Shown piece by piece: positions 35,947 to 45,141 of a DNA stretch of 64,000 nucleotides. The DNA lies in contig CAYMPG010000004.1 in NCBI GenBank assembly GCA_964392455.1, positions 7,537 through 71,536 on the forward strand, written 5' to 3'. Source of the stretch: an uncultured Clostridium sp. (GTDB taxonomy: Bacteria > Bacillota > Clostridia > Christensenellales > CAG-138). The notes beneath the pieces were generated by a model, which saw only the letters and a list, made by a program, of their open reading frames with translations, was not told where the DNA came from and ran no database searches. How positions within the stretch are numbered: position 1 is the first letter of the stretch; the number at the start of each line of letters is the position of its first letter. Made by a program: the position numbers and the translations under genes.

Positions 35947-37053
35947 ATGCAATATAAGCAGTTTATGGACATGAATATATCCGCCCTTGGCCTTGGTGCC
36001 ATGCGGCTACCTGAGGTGGAGGGCCATCCCGGCATTATAGACAGGGAAAAGGGCCGTGCCATCCTCCGCCGTGCCATTGAAGGGGGCGTAAACTATATAG
36101 ACACTGCCCACATTTATCAGAATGGAGATTCCGAAGCCTTTCTCGGAGAGGCTCTCAGCGATTATCCCCGAAGCTCCTATTATCTGGCCACCAAATTTAA
36201 GGTGACGGATGCAAAGGATATTAAGGATATGTTTGCCCGGCAGCTCAAGCGGTGCAATACTGAGTATTTCGATATATATCTGCTGCACAACATTACCGCA
36301 AAGACCTTTTCAGAATATACCGACCCTGCAAACGGCTACCTTGACTTTCTCCTTGAGCAGCAAAAGGAGGGCCGCATACGCCACCTTGGCTTCTCCACCC
36401 ACGGCACGCCGGATGTAATACAAAAAACTCTGGACTGGCATCACTTTGACATGGCCCAGATACAGCTCAACTATCTGGATTGGAGCCTTATAGACTCTGC
36501 CGCCCAGTATAAGGTGCTTGCGGATAACGACATACCCATATGGGTAATGGAGCCGGTAAAGGGCGGACGGCTTGCAAACCTTAACAGCGAGGCAGCCTCC
36601 ATACTCCGCTCTGCCGCTCCGGATAGCTCCCTTGCCTCCTGGGCGTTCAGGTTTTTATTTGGCCTGAGCGGCATACAGACAGTGCTCAGCGGCATGTCCA
36701 CCATGGAGCAGCTTGAGAATAACCTTGCCACCTTTGCGGACTGTGCGCCCCTGTCGCCAGCCGAGAAGCAGACCCTTGAGGCAGCCAGCCAGGCCTTCAT
36801 GAAGAATGCAGGCGTGCTCTGCTCCTCCTGCCGCTACTGCGTGCCTGCCTGCCCCATGGAGCTGGATATTCCCCTGCTGATAAAGGGCTACAATGTACTC
36901 AATACCAGCGGCTCCACCTGGCGTGCAGAGGGCTTTGACAGCGCCAGAGGCCCCGAAAACTGCATAGGCTGCGGCTCCTGCGCCGCCCTGTGCCCACAGA
37001 ATATCCAAATACCCCAGGTAATGCAAAAGCTCACTGAGGCCCTTAAAAAATAG
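35947..37053 (+). CDS. aldo/keto reductase with C-terminal 4Fe-4S ferredoxin domain
   Basis: AKR N-terminus (LGLGAMRLP, IDTAHIYQNGDSE) and two Cys clusters (CSSCRYCVPACP, CIGCGSCAALCP). Confidence 0.85.
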   Translation: MQYKQFMDMNISALGLGAMRLPEVEGHPGIIDREKGRAILRRAIEGGVNYIDTAHIYQNGDSEAFLGEALSDYPRSSYYLATKFKVTDAKDIKDMFARQLKRCNTEYFDIYLLHNITAKTFSEYTDPANGYLDFLLEQQKEGRIRHLGFSTHGTPDVIQKTLDWHHFDMAQIQLNYLDWSLIDSAAQYKVLADNDIPIWVMEPVKGGRLANLNSEAASILRSAAPDSSLASWAFRFLFGLSGIQTVLSGMSTMEQLENNLATFADCAPLSPAEKQTLEAASQAFMKNAGVLCSSCRYCVPACPMELDIPLLIKGYNVLNTSGSTWRAEGFDSARGPENCIGCGSCAALCPQNIQIPQVMQKLTEALKK

Positions 37054-37108
37054 TCCCCACAGCAATTTCCCCGCCCATATTCCACCCCCCAAGGGAGGTA
37101 ATGGCCCC

Positions 37109-38206
37109 ATGGTCACATTCCGCACGGCAACGGCTAAGGATATACCCCAGCTTACCGGGCTCTGGCAGCAGTGCTTTGGCGACAGCAGCCAATTTTGCAG
37201 CTGGTTCTTTTCAGAGCGCTTTCAGCCCGGCCTTTCCACTGTGGCAGAGGAGGATGGCAGCCTCCTTTCCGCCGTTCACGGCTGGCCCTTTACCCTGCGT
37301 ATACGGGGCAGGGCGGTGCCCTCCATAATGATGTGCGGCGTTTCCACCCACCCTGCCGCCCGTGGCCGGGGGCTGATGAGAAATTGCCTTTCCCTGTTTT
37401 CGCAGAATGCCCGCAGCATGGGCTTTCTGGCCCTGCTGCAAAAGCCTGTGGATCCCCAAATATACCGCTGGTGTCTCCACTATCCTTCATATGATGCAGC
37501 CATCGTCACAGGCTGCGAGGCTGAGCCTGCGTTGTCGCCCCATATTCATGAAGCCCCCTGCTCCGATGGGCTCTCCGGCCGGCTGCTGCCCATATACCGA
37601 CAGGCCACTGAGGGCTTTTCCTGCTGCACCCTGCGCTCAGTGGAGGACATGGAGCTGAAGCTCAGGGATTACGCCGCAGATGGCGGCAGGCTGCTTATGT
37701 ATGAAGCGCAGGGGCAGATAGCCGCATATGCAGCGTATTACCTTACGGATACCCAGCTCTATGCTCCTGAGGTGATGGGCGCCCCTGCCCATACACTGCC
37801 GCTCATGCAGGCCCTTGCCGCCACGGCGGGCAGCAGGAGCCTTGCCATTAAGCTTCCCGCCGGGCATATACCCCAGGGCTTTACGGGGGAAACACGGCCC
37901 TGCGGCGCAATGGCTGCCCTGAATGTGCCCCGGCTACTGGAGGAGCTGTGCGGCCGGCCTGATATTGCCCTTGAAGTAGCCGACCCTGTGATTCCCCAGA
38001 ATAACGGCATATTCGCCATGGATGGCAGCCCCGCCTCCACACCCCAGCTCAGGCTGGATGCAGGACGGCTGATGCAGCTTTTGTCAGGCTATATGGATAT
38101 AGCCACCCTTGCCGCCCACGGCCACGCCACCCTGCTTTCCCCCGTCTCCTCCCGCATCGCAGAGCTTTTGCCCTCCCTGCCCTGCTACACTGTGGAAGAA
38201 TACTAA
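37109..38206 (+). CDS. GNAT family N-acetyltransferase (Eis-like, with SCP2-like C-terminal domain)
   Basis: 365 aa with acetyl-CoA motif VSTHPAARGRGLM and three-domain length typical of the Eis family. Confidence 0.7.
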   Translation: MVTFRTATAKDIPQLTGLWQQCFGDSSQFCSWFFSERFQPGLSTVAEEDGSLLSAVHGWPFTLRIRGRAVPSIMMCGVSTHPAARGRGLMRNCLSLFSQNARSMGFLALLQKPVDPQIYRWCLHYPSYDAAIVTGCEAEPALSPHIHEAPCSDGLSGRLLPIYRQATEGFSCCTLRSVEDMELKLRDYAADGGRLLMYEAQGQIAAYAAYYLTDTQLYAPEVMGAPAHTLPLMQALAATAGSRSLAIKLPAGHIPQGFTGETRPCGAMAALNVPRLLEELCGRPDIALEVADPVIPQNNGIFAMDGSPASTPQLRLDAGRLMQLLSGYMDIATLAAHGHATLLSPVSSRIAELLPSLPCYTVEEY

Positions 38207-38222
38207 AATATGGCCAAATTTA

Positions 38223-38251
38223 TTGACAAACGTCCTTCCTTACCCTATAAT
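38223..38251 (+). promoter_or_regulatory. consensus sigma-A promoter of tRNA-Arg(CCT)
   Basis: TTGACA, 17-nt spacer, TATAAT, 14 nt upstream of the tRNA 5-prime end. Confidence 0.8.
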
Positions 38252-38265
38252 AATATGTGCTTTGT

Positions 38266-38342
38266 GCACCCGTAGCTCAGCAGGATAGAGCGTCCGCCTC
38301 CTAAGCGGAAGGTCGCGCGTTCGAATCGCGCCGGGTGTGCCA
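38266..38342 (+). tRNA. tRNA-Arg (anticodon CCT)
   Basis: GCACCCG TA GCTC AGCAGGATA GAGC, anticodon arm TCCGC-CTCCTAA-GCGGA, T arm GCGCG-TTCGAAT-CGCGC, CGGGTGT G CCA. Confidence 0.9.
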
Positions 38343-38346
38343 AACG

Positions 38347-38376
38347 AAAAAGGCCATCCCTATGATGGCTTTTTTG
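38347..38376 (+). terminator. intrinsic terminator after tRNA-Arg(CCT)
   Basis: AAAAAGGCCATC cctat GATGGCTTTTTT. Confidence 0.75.
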
Positions 38377-38613
38377 TTTACCCCGGCAGCAGATGAGAAC
38401 GCGCCGTGAGATACCGGAGACTGCAAAATTTCAAGCACCAGGTGTGGTACACTAAAGCGGAAAGGCCCGTGCACTACCTTTGCACAGGCCTTTCCCTGGT
38501 TTATTGCAACACTACCCGCTACTTTCTCTCTGATTGTCCTCCGAATCCTGCCTATTGCAGACCCCACGGAGGGCTTTGCCCGGATATACAGGCGAACGGC
38601 CCTGTATACCAGG

Positions 38614-39678
38614 CTATATCTCTATTAAGTCATGGGGCACGGATATAAGGTTTTCATTTCCATCCGCTGTTATTATTACCTGATCCTCTATCCGCACTCC
38701 GCCCCAGCCGGGTATGTACAGCCCGGGCTCTATGGTAGTCACCATATTGGGCTGATATACATTGCCTCCGGCAGGATTTATAAAGGGATACTCATGCACA
38801 AAAAGCCCTATTCCATGGCCTACGCCGGTGTAATGATACTTAAAGTACCCGGTATTCTCTATGGCCCTTGTGGAGGCCTTGTACACGTCGCCTGTATCCG
38901 CTCCCGCCTTCATCACAGCAAGGGAATCCTTCACCATCTGCTTCTCCAGCTCATATACCCGTCTCTGCTCCTCAGTAGCTTTACCCACCACCACGGTGCG
39001 TGTCATGTCGCTCATATAGCCATTGAACTGACAGCCATAATCCATCAGCACAAAGTCGCCATATTGCAGCGCCCTGTCAGAGGGGATACCGTGAAGCAGG
39101 CTGGTATTCGGCCCGGATATGAGTATATTGCCGTAGGGCTGAGTATCAGCTCCCTCCAGCACCATATAGGCCGACAGCCGGGCTGCAAGCTCCTTTTCCG
39201 TTACGCCTACCCTGATATCCTCAAGTATCCGATAAAAGGCACGGCAGGAAATATCGCAGGCAGCACGGATATACTGTATCTCCTCAGGGGTCTTTATGCT
39301 GCGAAGCCTTTCGATAGCCCCCTCTGCGGGAATAAGCTCGGCATCAGTTTCGCTGCTCAGCGCAGTATATAGCTGATATGTGATGGCATCCTCTTCAAAC
39401 GCCACCTGCTTAAGCCCATTTTCCTTTATTATTTTGGCCGCCGCCTTCATTACGCCGCCCTTGGCCCGCCAGTTTACCACGGCTATATCCGGGCACTCCA
39501 GCTCGGCCTGCTCAGTATACCTGGGGTCGGTTATCAGGAAAGCTCTGTCCTTTGTGGCCAGCAGATAGGAATCCGCCCCCTTAAAGCCGCTGGCCCAGCG
39601 GACGTTTGCGCCCTTCATGAGGAATATTCCATCTGCCCCGCTCTGGGCAAAGTATTTTTTTATGTTTTCGTTAAACAT
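38614..39678 (-). CDS. pepP: M24 family Xaa-Pro aminopeptidase
   Basis: Start set at MFNENIKKYF (ATG 39678). Creatinase-like N-domain plus M24 metal ligands (DYGCQFNGYMSDMTRT, HGIGLFVHE, EPGLY). Confidence 0.85.
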   Translation of the reverse strand: MFNENIKKYFAQSGADGIFLMKGANVRWASGFKGADSYLLATKDRAFLITDPRYTEQAELECPDIAVVNWRAKGGVMKAAAKIIKENGLKQVAFEEDAITYQLYTALSSETDAELIPAEGAIERLRSIKTPEEIQYIRAACDISCRAFYRILEDIRVGVTEKELAARLSAYMVLEGADTQPYGNILISGPNTSLLHGIPSDRALQYGDFVLMDYGCQFNGYMSDMTRTVVVGKATEEQRRVYELEKQMVKDSLAVMKAGADTGDVYKASTRAIENTGYFKYHYTGVGHGIGLFVHEYPFINPAGGNVYQPNMVTTIEPGLYIPGWGGVRIEDQVIITADGNENLISVPHDLIEI

Positions 39679-39715
39679 ACCTCTGCCTTTCACTTACGCT
39701 TTCGAATAAGCCCTG

Positions 39716-41221
39716 TCAGTTTATCCTGTCACCCTTTACCATGGGGCGATTCAGGGTGCCGCCCAGAGTATTATCGGAATTGGCGTTAACGCTGCGGAAG
39801 TACATGAGCTTTCTGCCGATGAACTCTACCCTTATGGTATCCACAAATGCCATCTCCAGGAAGGCCCACTTCATCACCAGCGTGTTTTCATTTTCCCACT
39901 CAGCGCAGCCGGCGCAGGCCATTACAGGCAGCTCACGGTTGTGATGGAGTATCTTTCCGGGCATGGAGGTCACGCCCTCCTCCCAGTGGCCCATTCCGCA
40001 CTTTATGGAATACTCGCCCTTGTCATCCCTAAGATTGAATACCATGGTATTCCCATAGAAATCAAAGCTGAGCTCCTGCAGGTGGTCAAGATTGGTATAC
40101 TCCTGACGCATATGGTAGCACTTGCCGTTTATCTCCCTTTCAAGGGAAGATCTATGGGTATTGGCAGGCTCATAAAGAGATAGCCCGTCTATCTTGCTCT
40201 GCAGCTCCTCATCGGTCATGGTGAAGCTCTTGCTGGCTTCCTTATCAATACCCTCCTTGAGGCAATTGATTATGGTGCGCTCATGGAAGAGCTTACCATA
40301 CTTGCGCTGCTCGCCCCAGGTGCATGAGGTAACAGCCGCAACGCAATCTATGCCCGGCATCACTATCATGTACTGGCCAAAGGCACCACGGCCCATGTAT
40401 TCGCCGCTGGACAGCGTCCATATCTGATAGCCATAGCCCACGTCCTTATCATCCTCCATGGGATAAACATGGCGCACGGCTGCGGTATCTATCCACTCCT
40501 TGGGTATGAGCTGCTTTCCTTCCCACTGACCATTCTGCAAATAGAGCTGACCCACACGGCATATCTGCTCGGCATTCAGCCAGAGCCCCCAGCCGCCGGT
40601 GCTATTGCCCTCGTGGTCCGTATCCCACAGCACCTCATCTATCCCCAGAGGGAGGAAGAGCTTTTCCATGAGATAGGTCTTAACATTCATGCCGGTGGCC
40701 TTTGTAACGATGGAGGAAAGCATATGGCTGGAGCCGCTGTTGTATGCATAATGGGTGCCCGGCTGATAGCTCAGGGGCAGCTCAAGGAATGCCTTTACCC
40801 AGCTTTCATTCATCTGGCTCCAGATGCCACTTCCGGATATATTGGTATAGTAGCCTGAGCACATGGTAAGGCAATCCTCAACGGTCATATCCTTCATTTT
40901 TTCATCCATCAATGCATCTGCATATTCCGGGAAAAATGATACCACCTTATCCGAAAGTGCAAGCTTCCCTTCGCCTATGGCTATACCCACGGCAGTGGAA
41001 GTAAAGGTCTTGGTAAGGGAAAACAGATTGCACCTGTGATCCGTATATGGCTTCCAGCGCATATCGGCTATGACCTTGCCGTGACGCATTATCATAAGGG
41101 TATGGATTTCCTGCTCAGTTTCAGCAAAGGTATCTATTATCTTTGCTATTGCGCCCGGTGCAACGCCCTCTGCCCCAGGTGTGGATCTTTCAAACCGGGG
41201 ATAACAATCATTAGTCTGCAT
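39716..41221 (-). CDS. serine hydrolase of the beta-lactamase/D-aminopeptidase (class C-like) family
   Basis: 501 aa with SxxK motif SLTKTF and YxN motif YAYNSG, plus an extra C-terminal beta-domain. TAATG overlap with the upstream ABC ATPase stop. Confidence 0.8.
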   Translation of the reverse strand: MQTNDCYPRFERSTPGAEGVAPGAIAKIIDTFAETEQEIHTLMIMRHGKVIADMRWKPYTDHRCNLFSLTKTFTSTAVGIAIGEGKLALSDKVVSFFPEYADALMDEKMKDMTVEDCLTMCSGYYTNISGSGIWSQMNESWVKAFLELPLSYQPGTHYAYNSGSSHMLSSIVTKATGMNVKTYLMEKLFLPLGIDEVLWDTDHEGNSTGGWGLWLNAEQICRVGQLYLQNGQWEGKQLIPKEWIDTAAVRHVYPMEDDKDVGYGYQIWTLSSGEYMGRGAFGQYMIVMPGIDCVAAVTSCTWGEQRKYGKLFHERTIINCLKEGIDKEASKSFTMTDEELQSKIDGLSLYEPANTHRSSLEREINGKCYHMRQEYTNLDHLQELSFDFYGNTMVFNLRDDKGEYSIKCGMGHWEEGVTSMPGKILHHNRELPVMACAGCAEWENENTLVMKWAFLEMAFVDTIRVEFIGRKLMYFRSVNANSDNTLGGTLNRPMVKGDRIN

Positions 41222-42210
41222 TACAGTAATTCTCCATTACAAGTGTTATTGTATTGTTTTTCGCTGCACATATGGCATGCTACAAAGTGACCGGGCTCGG
41301 CCTCAATCAGCTTGGGCTCGCACTGCTTACATTCTTCCTTGCAGTACCTGCACCTGCCGGCAAAGCGGCATACGGGCTTGGGGTCTATTGGGCTTGGCAC
41401 ATCTCCCGCAAGCACTATGCGCTCACGCTGTATATCTATCCTGGGCACAGGAACGGCCGAAAGCAGCGCCTGAGTATATGGATGCAGCGGATTTGCAAAT
41501 ATGGTCTTGCAGTCTCCCAGCTCCACGATTTTTCCAAGGTACATTACAGCTATCCTGTCGGATATATGCTTTACCACGCTAAGGTCATGGGAGATAAACA
41601 GATACGTCATCGCCCTCTGCTCCTGCAGCTTCTGGAGCAGATTCAGCACCTGAGCCTGTATGGATACATCCAGCGCAGATACGGGCTCATCCAGCACCAT
41701 GAAGGAAGGGTTCAGCGCTATTGCCCTTGCTATGCCAACACGCTGCCTTCTTCCGCCATCCAGCTCATGGGGATATGCATTCACCATGTGCTCCTGAAGG
41801 CCCACTGTACGCATGAGCTCATATACATGCTGCTCCATTTCGGACTTTTTGCTGTATACGCCCTGCACGATAAAGGGCTCGGCTATGCTCTGGAATATGC
41901 TCTTGCGGCCATCCAATGATGCATAGGGATCCTGAAATACGATCTGCATCTTTTTCCGTGCAGCCCGCATCTCATCCTTGCTGAATTTTCTTATATCCTC
42001 GCCTTCAAAGAGTATCTCGCCATCTGTGGCCTCGATGAGCCTCAGCATCAGCCGGCCTATGGTAGATTTTCCGCAGCCGGATTCTCCTACCAGGCCAAGG
42101 GTCTCGCCACGATGTATCTGCAGGCTTACATCATCTACTGCATGGAGGAGTCCCTTTTTGGTTTGGAAGAATTTTTTGAGGTTTTTCGTTTCAAGTATAA
42201 CTTCGCTCAT
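41221..42210 (-). CDS. oligopeptide/dipeptide ABC transporter ATP-binding protein (OppF/DppF-like)
   Basis: Walker A GESGCGKST, LDEPVSALD, and the C-terminal oligopeptide-type Cys motif. Confidence 0.9.
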   Translation of the reverse strand: MSEVILETKNLKKFFQTKKGLLHAVDDVSLQIHRGETLGLVGESGCGKSTIGRLMLRLIEATDGEILFEGEDIRKFSKDEMRAARKKMQIVFQDPYASLDGRKSIFQSIAEPFIVQGVYSKKSEMEQHVYELMRTVGLQEHMVNAYPHELDGGRRQRVGIARAIALNPSFMVLDEPVSALDVSIQAQVLNLLQKLQEQRAMTYLFISHDLSVVKHISDRIAVMYLGKIVELGDCKTIFANPLHPYTQALLSAVPVPRIDIQRERIVLAGDVPSPIDPKPVCRFAGRCRYCKEECKQCEPKLIEAEPGHFVACHMCSEKQYNNTCNGELL

Positions 42211-43196
42211 TCTGCATCTTCTCCTTTTGCTTCATCCTTCCCGGCAAAGAAGCACCTTACATAATGGCCCGGCTCTATTTCGGTCATCGGCGGGATGCCC
42301 TTGCTGCACTTTTCGCAGGCACGGGTGCAGCGTGGGTGGAAGCTGCAGCCCTCCGGCAGATGATAGGGATTGGGGGTGAGACCGTGTATGGGGGTAAGCT
42401 CACTGTCATCCGAGTAAAGGTCGGGTATGCAGTTATAAAGGCCTATGGTATAGGGGTGGGATGCATTCTTGAATATATGTTCCAGCGTACCATACTCCAC
42501 CACCTGGCCGGCATACATTACCGCAACATCGTCACAGGTTTCTGCCACTATGCCAAGGTCATGGGTTATAAGTATCATAGCTGTATTATACTGCTCTTTC
42601 AGCCCTTTGATAAGCTCCAGCACCTGGGCCTGTATGGTCACATCCAGCGCAGTGGTGGGTTCATCGGCTATAAGCAGCTTCGGGTTGCACGCAAGAGCCA
42701 TTGCTATGATAACACGCTGCTTCATGCCGCCGGAAAACTGATGGGGATACTCTCCGCCACGCTCCGCCTTTATGCCTACCTTTTCCAGCATCTTCAGCGC
42801 TTCGGCCGCCGCCTCCTTCTTATTCATGTGCCTGTGGAGTCGTATGGTCTCTGCTATCTGCTCCTGCACGGTCAGCACAGGATTAAGGCTGGTCATGGGG
42901 TCCTGGAATATCATGGATATGCTGCCGCCCTGTATGGCACGCATTTCCTTGCTGGTCTTTTTGAGCAGGTCTTCACCTTCAAACAGTATCTCGCCGCTTT
43001 TTATCCTGGCGGGAGGCTGCTGCAGTATTCCTATAATGGACTTTACCGTGGTGGTCTTTCCGGCACCAGTTTCGCCCACAAGGCCCAGTACCTTTCCCGG
43101 CTCCACCTGAAGGCTCAGCTCACGCACTGCCTCAACTGTACCATCCACCGTATGATAATCTACAGAAAGATTTTTTACCTCGAGAAGCTTTTCCAC
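42207..43196 (-). CDS. oligopeptide/dipeptide ABC transporter ATP-binding protein (OppD/DppD-like)
   Basis: Walker A GETGAGKTT, signature FSGGMKQR, ADEPTTALD. Confidence 0.9.
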   Translation of the reverse strand: MEKLLEVKNLSVDYHTVDGTVEAVRELSLQVEPGKVLGLVGETGAGKTTTVKSIIGILQQPPARIKSGEILFEGEDLLKKTSKEMRAIQGGSISMIFQDPMTSLNPVLTVQEQIAETIRLHRHMNKKEAAAEALKMLEKVGIKAERGGEYPHQFSGGMKQRVIIAMALACNPKLLIADEPTTALDVTIQAQVLELIKGLKEQYNTAMILITHDLGIVAETCDDVAVMYAGQVVEYGTLEHIFKNASHPYTIGLYNCIPDLYSDDSELTPIHGLTPNPYHLPEGCSFHPRCTRACEKCSKGIPPMTEIEPGHYVRCFFAGKDEAKGEDAE

Positions 43197-43211
43197 TGTA
43201 CTTTACTCTCC

Positions 43212-44102
43212 TTAATCTTTCAGTTTTGGATCCAGAGCATCCCTCAGGCCGTCTCCAAGGAAGTTCATGCCAAACACGGCAAACATGATGGCAAGTCCCG
43301 GGAAGGTGCAAAGATGAGGGAAGTCCCTTATATAATCACGCCCTGTGGAAAGCATGGCACCCCACTCGGGAGTGGGAGGCACTATGCCCAGGCCTATGAA
43401 GCTCATGCTGGCGCAGGAAAGTATTGCGCCGCCCATTCTCAGCGTTGCCTGCACTATCAGCGGCGCAAGGCAGTTGGGTATTATGTGATTCAGTATGATA
43501 TACCTGTCCTTGGCACCTGCCGCTATTGAAGCCTCCACAAATTCCTGCTGCTTAAGCGAAACTATGGATGCACGCATCATTCGGCAGGTACTGGGTATAT
43601 TGGATATACCTATGGCCACCATCACGTTCGTCAGGCTTGAGCCCAGGGCCGCAACTATGGATATATTCAGCAGTATGCTGGGCACTGCCATAAATACGTC
43701 CATAACACGCATGATAAGCACCTCAGCCTTGCCGCCGTAATATCCGGCTATAGCTCCCAGGGTGATGCCGCCCAGCATGGAAAGTCCCACGGATATAAGG
43801 CCTACCGTAACGGATATGCGGGCGCCATAGATTATTCTCGAAAGTATATCTCTGCCAAGCTCATCCGTACCAAACCAGTGGGAGCCGGAGGGCAATGCAA
43901 AGCGATTCAGCCAATCCTGCTCTATGGGGTCGTATGGAGCTATCAGCGGCGCAAATATTGCACAGATGACCAGCAGCGATATCATGGACAGGCCTATCAT
44001 GGCTGATTTGCTGCGCCTGAAGCGGCGCCATATTTCCTGTACGTTGCTTCTTTTCTTGTATACTACCTGCGATTCTACGCATTCTGACTTGTTGTTAGCC
44101 AT
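43212..44102 (-). CDS. peptide ABC transporter permease (OppC/DppC-like)
   Basis: 296 aa, multi-TM. N-terminal OppC-type region (HWFGTDELGRD) and an EAA-like loop. Confidence 0.9.
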   Translation of the reverse strand: MANNKSECVESQVVYKKRSNVQEIWRRFRRSKSAMIGLSMISLLVICAIFAPLIAPYDPIEQDWLNRFALPSGSHWFGTDELGRDILSRIIYGARISVTVGLISVGLSMLGGITLGAIAGYYGGKAEVLIMRVMDVFMAVPSILLNISIVAALGSSLTNVMVAIGISNIPSTCRMMRASIVSLKQQEFVEASIAAGAKDRYIILNHIIPNCLAPLIVQATLRMGGAILSCASMSFIGLGIVPPTPEWGAMLSTGRDYIRDFPHLCTFPGLAIMFAVFGMNFLGDGLRDALDPKLKD

Positions 44103-44113
44103 TGCCGTCCTCC

Positions 44114-45043
44114 TTAAGACATCTTGGACCTCATGCGAGGGTCAACAGCCGCATAGCAAATATCTACTATCAGGTTTACCACGCTGAAGGACAGCGCTAT
44201 TACCAGCACGCCCCCCTGCACTACAGGGTAGTTTCTGGCCTTGATGGCATCTACCATCATCTTGCCTATGCCGTTTATTCCAAATATGGATTCTGTCAAA
44301 ACTGATCCGCCAAGGAGGTAGCCAAACTGGGTGCCTATGGTGGTCAATACGGGGATCATTGCGTTTTTCAGCGCATGATGCAGCCTTATTACCCATTCAT
44401 TCTGTCCCTTGGCACGGGCTGTGCTTATATAATCCTGACGGATTACCTCCAGCATACTGGAGCGGGTCATTCTGGCAATGGAGGCCGCAGAGCTGGTGCC
44501 TATGGTAATGGCAGGCAGTATCATATGCTTCCAGCTGGAGAAGCCGGTGGCCGGCAGCCATTTCAGCTTTACCGCAAATACCAGCATCAATAGCAGGCCC
44601 TGCCAGAAGTTTGGCATGGCATTTCCCACCATGGCAAGGCCCATGGCTGCGCTGTCAAACAGGGAATACTGCCATACCGCAGCCAGCAGGCCCAGCGTAA
44701 TACCTACCACCACCGCCAGTGCGACGGATACCGATGTAAGCTTAAGAGTATTGGGGAAGGTAGCCGCTATTCTTTCAGAAACGTTTCTCTTTGTAGAATA
44801 GCAAATTCCCATATCGCCCTTTAAAAGCCTTGAAACATAGTTATACAGCCTCTGAAAATAGCCGCCATTGAGGCCCAGTTCTTCTCTGAGCGCTTCGCGC
44901 TGTTCCTCTGTGCTGTTTCCACCTTCCATTATGCTATCTATTGGGTCACCCGGAGTAATGTACATCAGCGTGAAGACCAATATGGTAACACCAAGCATTA
45001 CAGGAATGAACATAAGCATACGGCGAAGTATGTATTTAATCAT
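44114..45043 (-). CDS. peptide ABC transporter permease (OppB/DppB-like)
   Basis: Start set at MIKYILRRMLMFIP (ATG 45043), the typical OppB N-terminus. Confidence 0.9.
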   Translation of the reverse strand: MIKYILRRMLMFIPVMLGVTILVFTLMYITPGDPIDSIMEGGNSTEEQREALREELGLNGGYFQRLYNYVSRLLKGDMGICYSTKRNVSERIAATFPNTLKLTSVSVALAVVVGITLGLLAAVWQYSLFDSAAMGLAMVGNAMPNFWQGLLLMLVFAVKLKWLPATGFSSWKHMILPAITIGTSSAASIARMTRSSMLEVIRQDYISTARAKGQNEWVIRLHHALKNAMIPVLTTIGTQFGYLLGGSVLTESIFGINGIGKMMVDAIKARNYPVVQGGVLVIALSFSVVNLIVDICYAAVDPRMRSKMS

Positions 45044-45083
45044 ATAATTGCTCCTGTTGCGTTTTTTAGCCTTATACAATACA

Positions 45084-45125
45084 ACGGGCAACCGGACATC
45101 CTATACAAGCTGACCGGCTGCCCGT
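45084..45125 (-). other. intercistronic stem-loop between the binding-protein and permease genes
   Basis: ACGGGCAACCGG ... CCGGCTGCCCGT (about 12-bp GC-rich stem) without a clear U-tract. Such hairpins commonly stabilise or attenuate after SBP genes. Confidence 0.5.
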
Positions 45126-45141
45126 CTATGTTCAGTACTGA

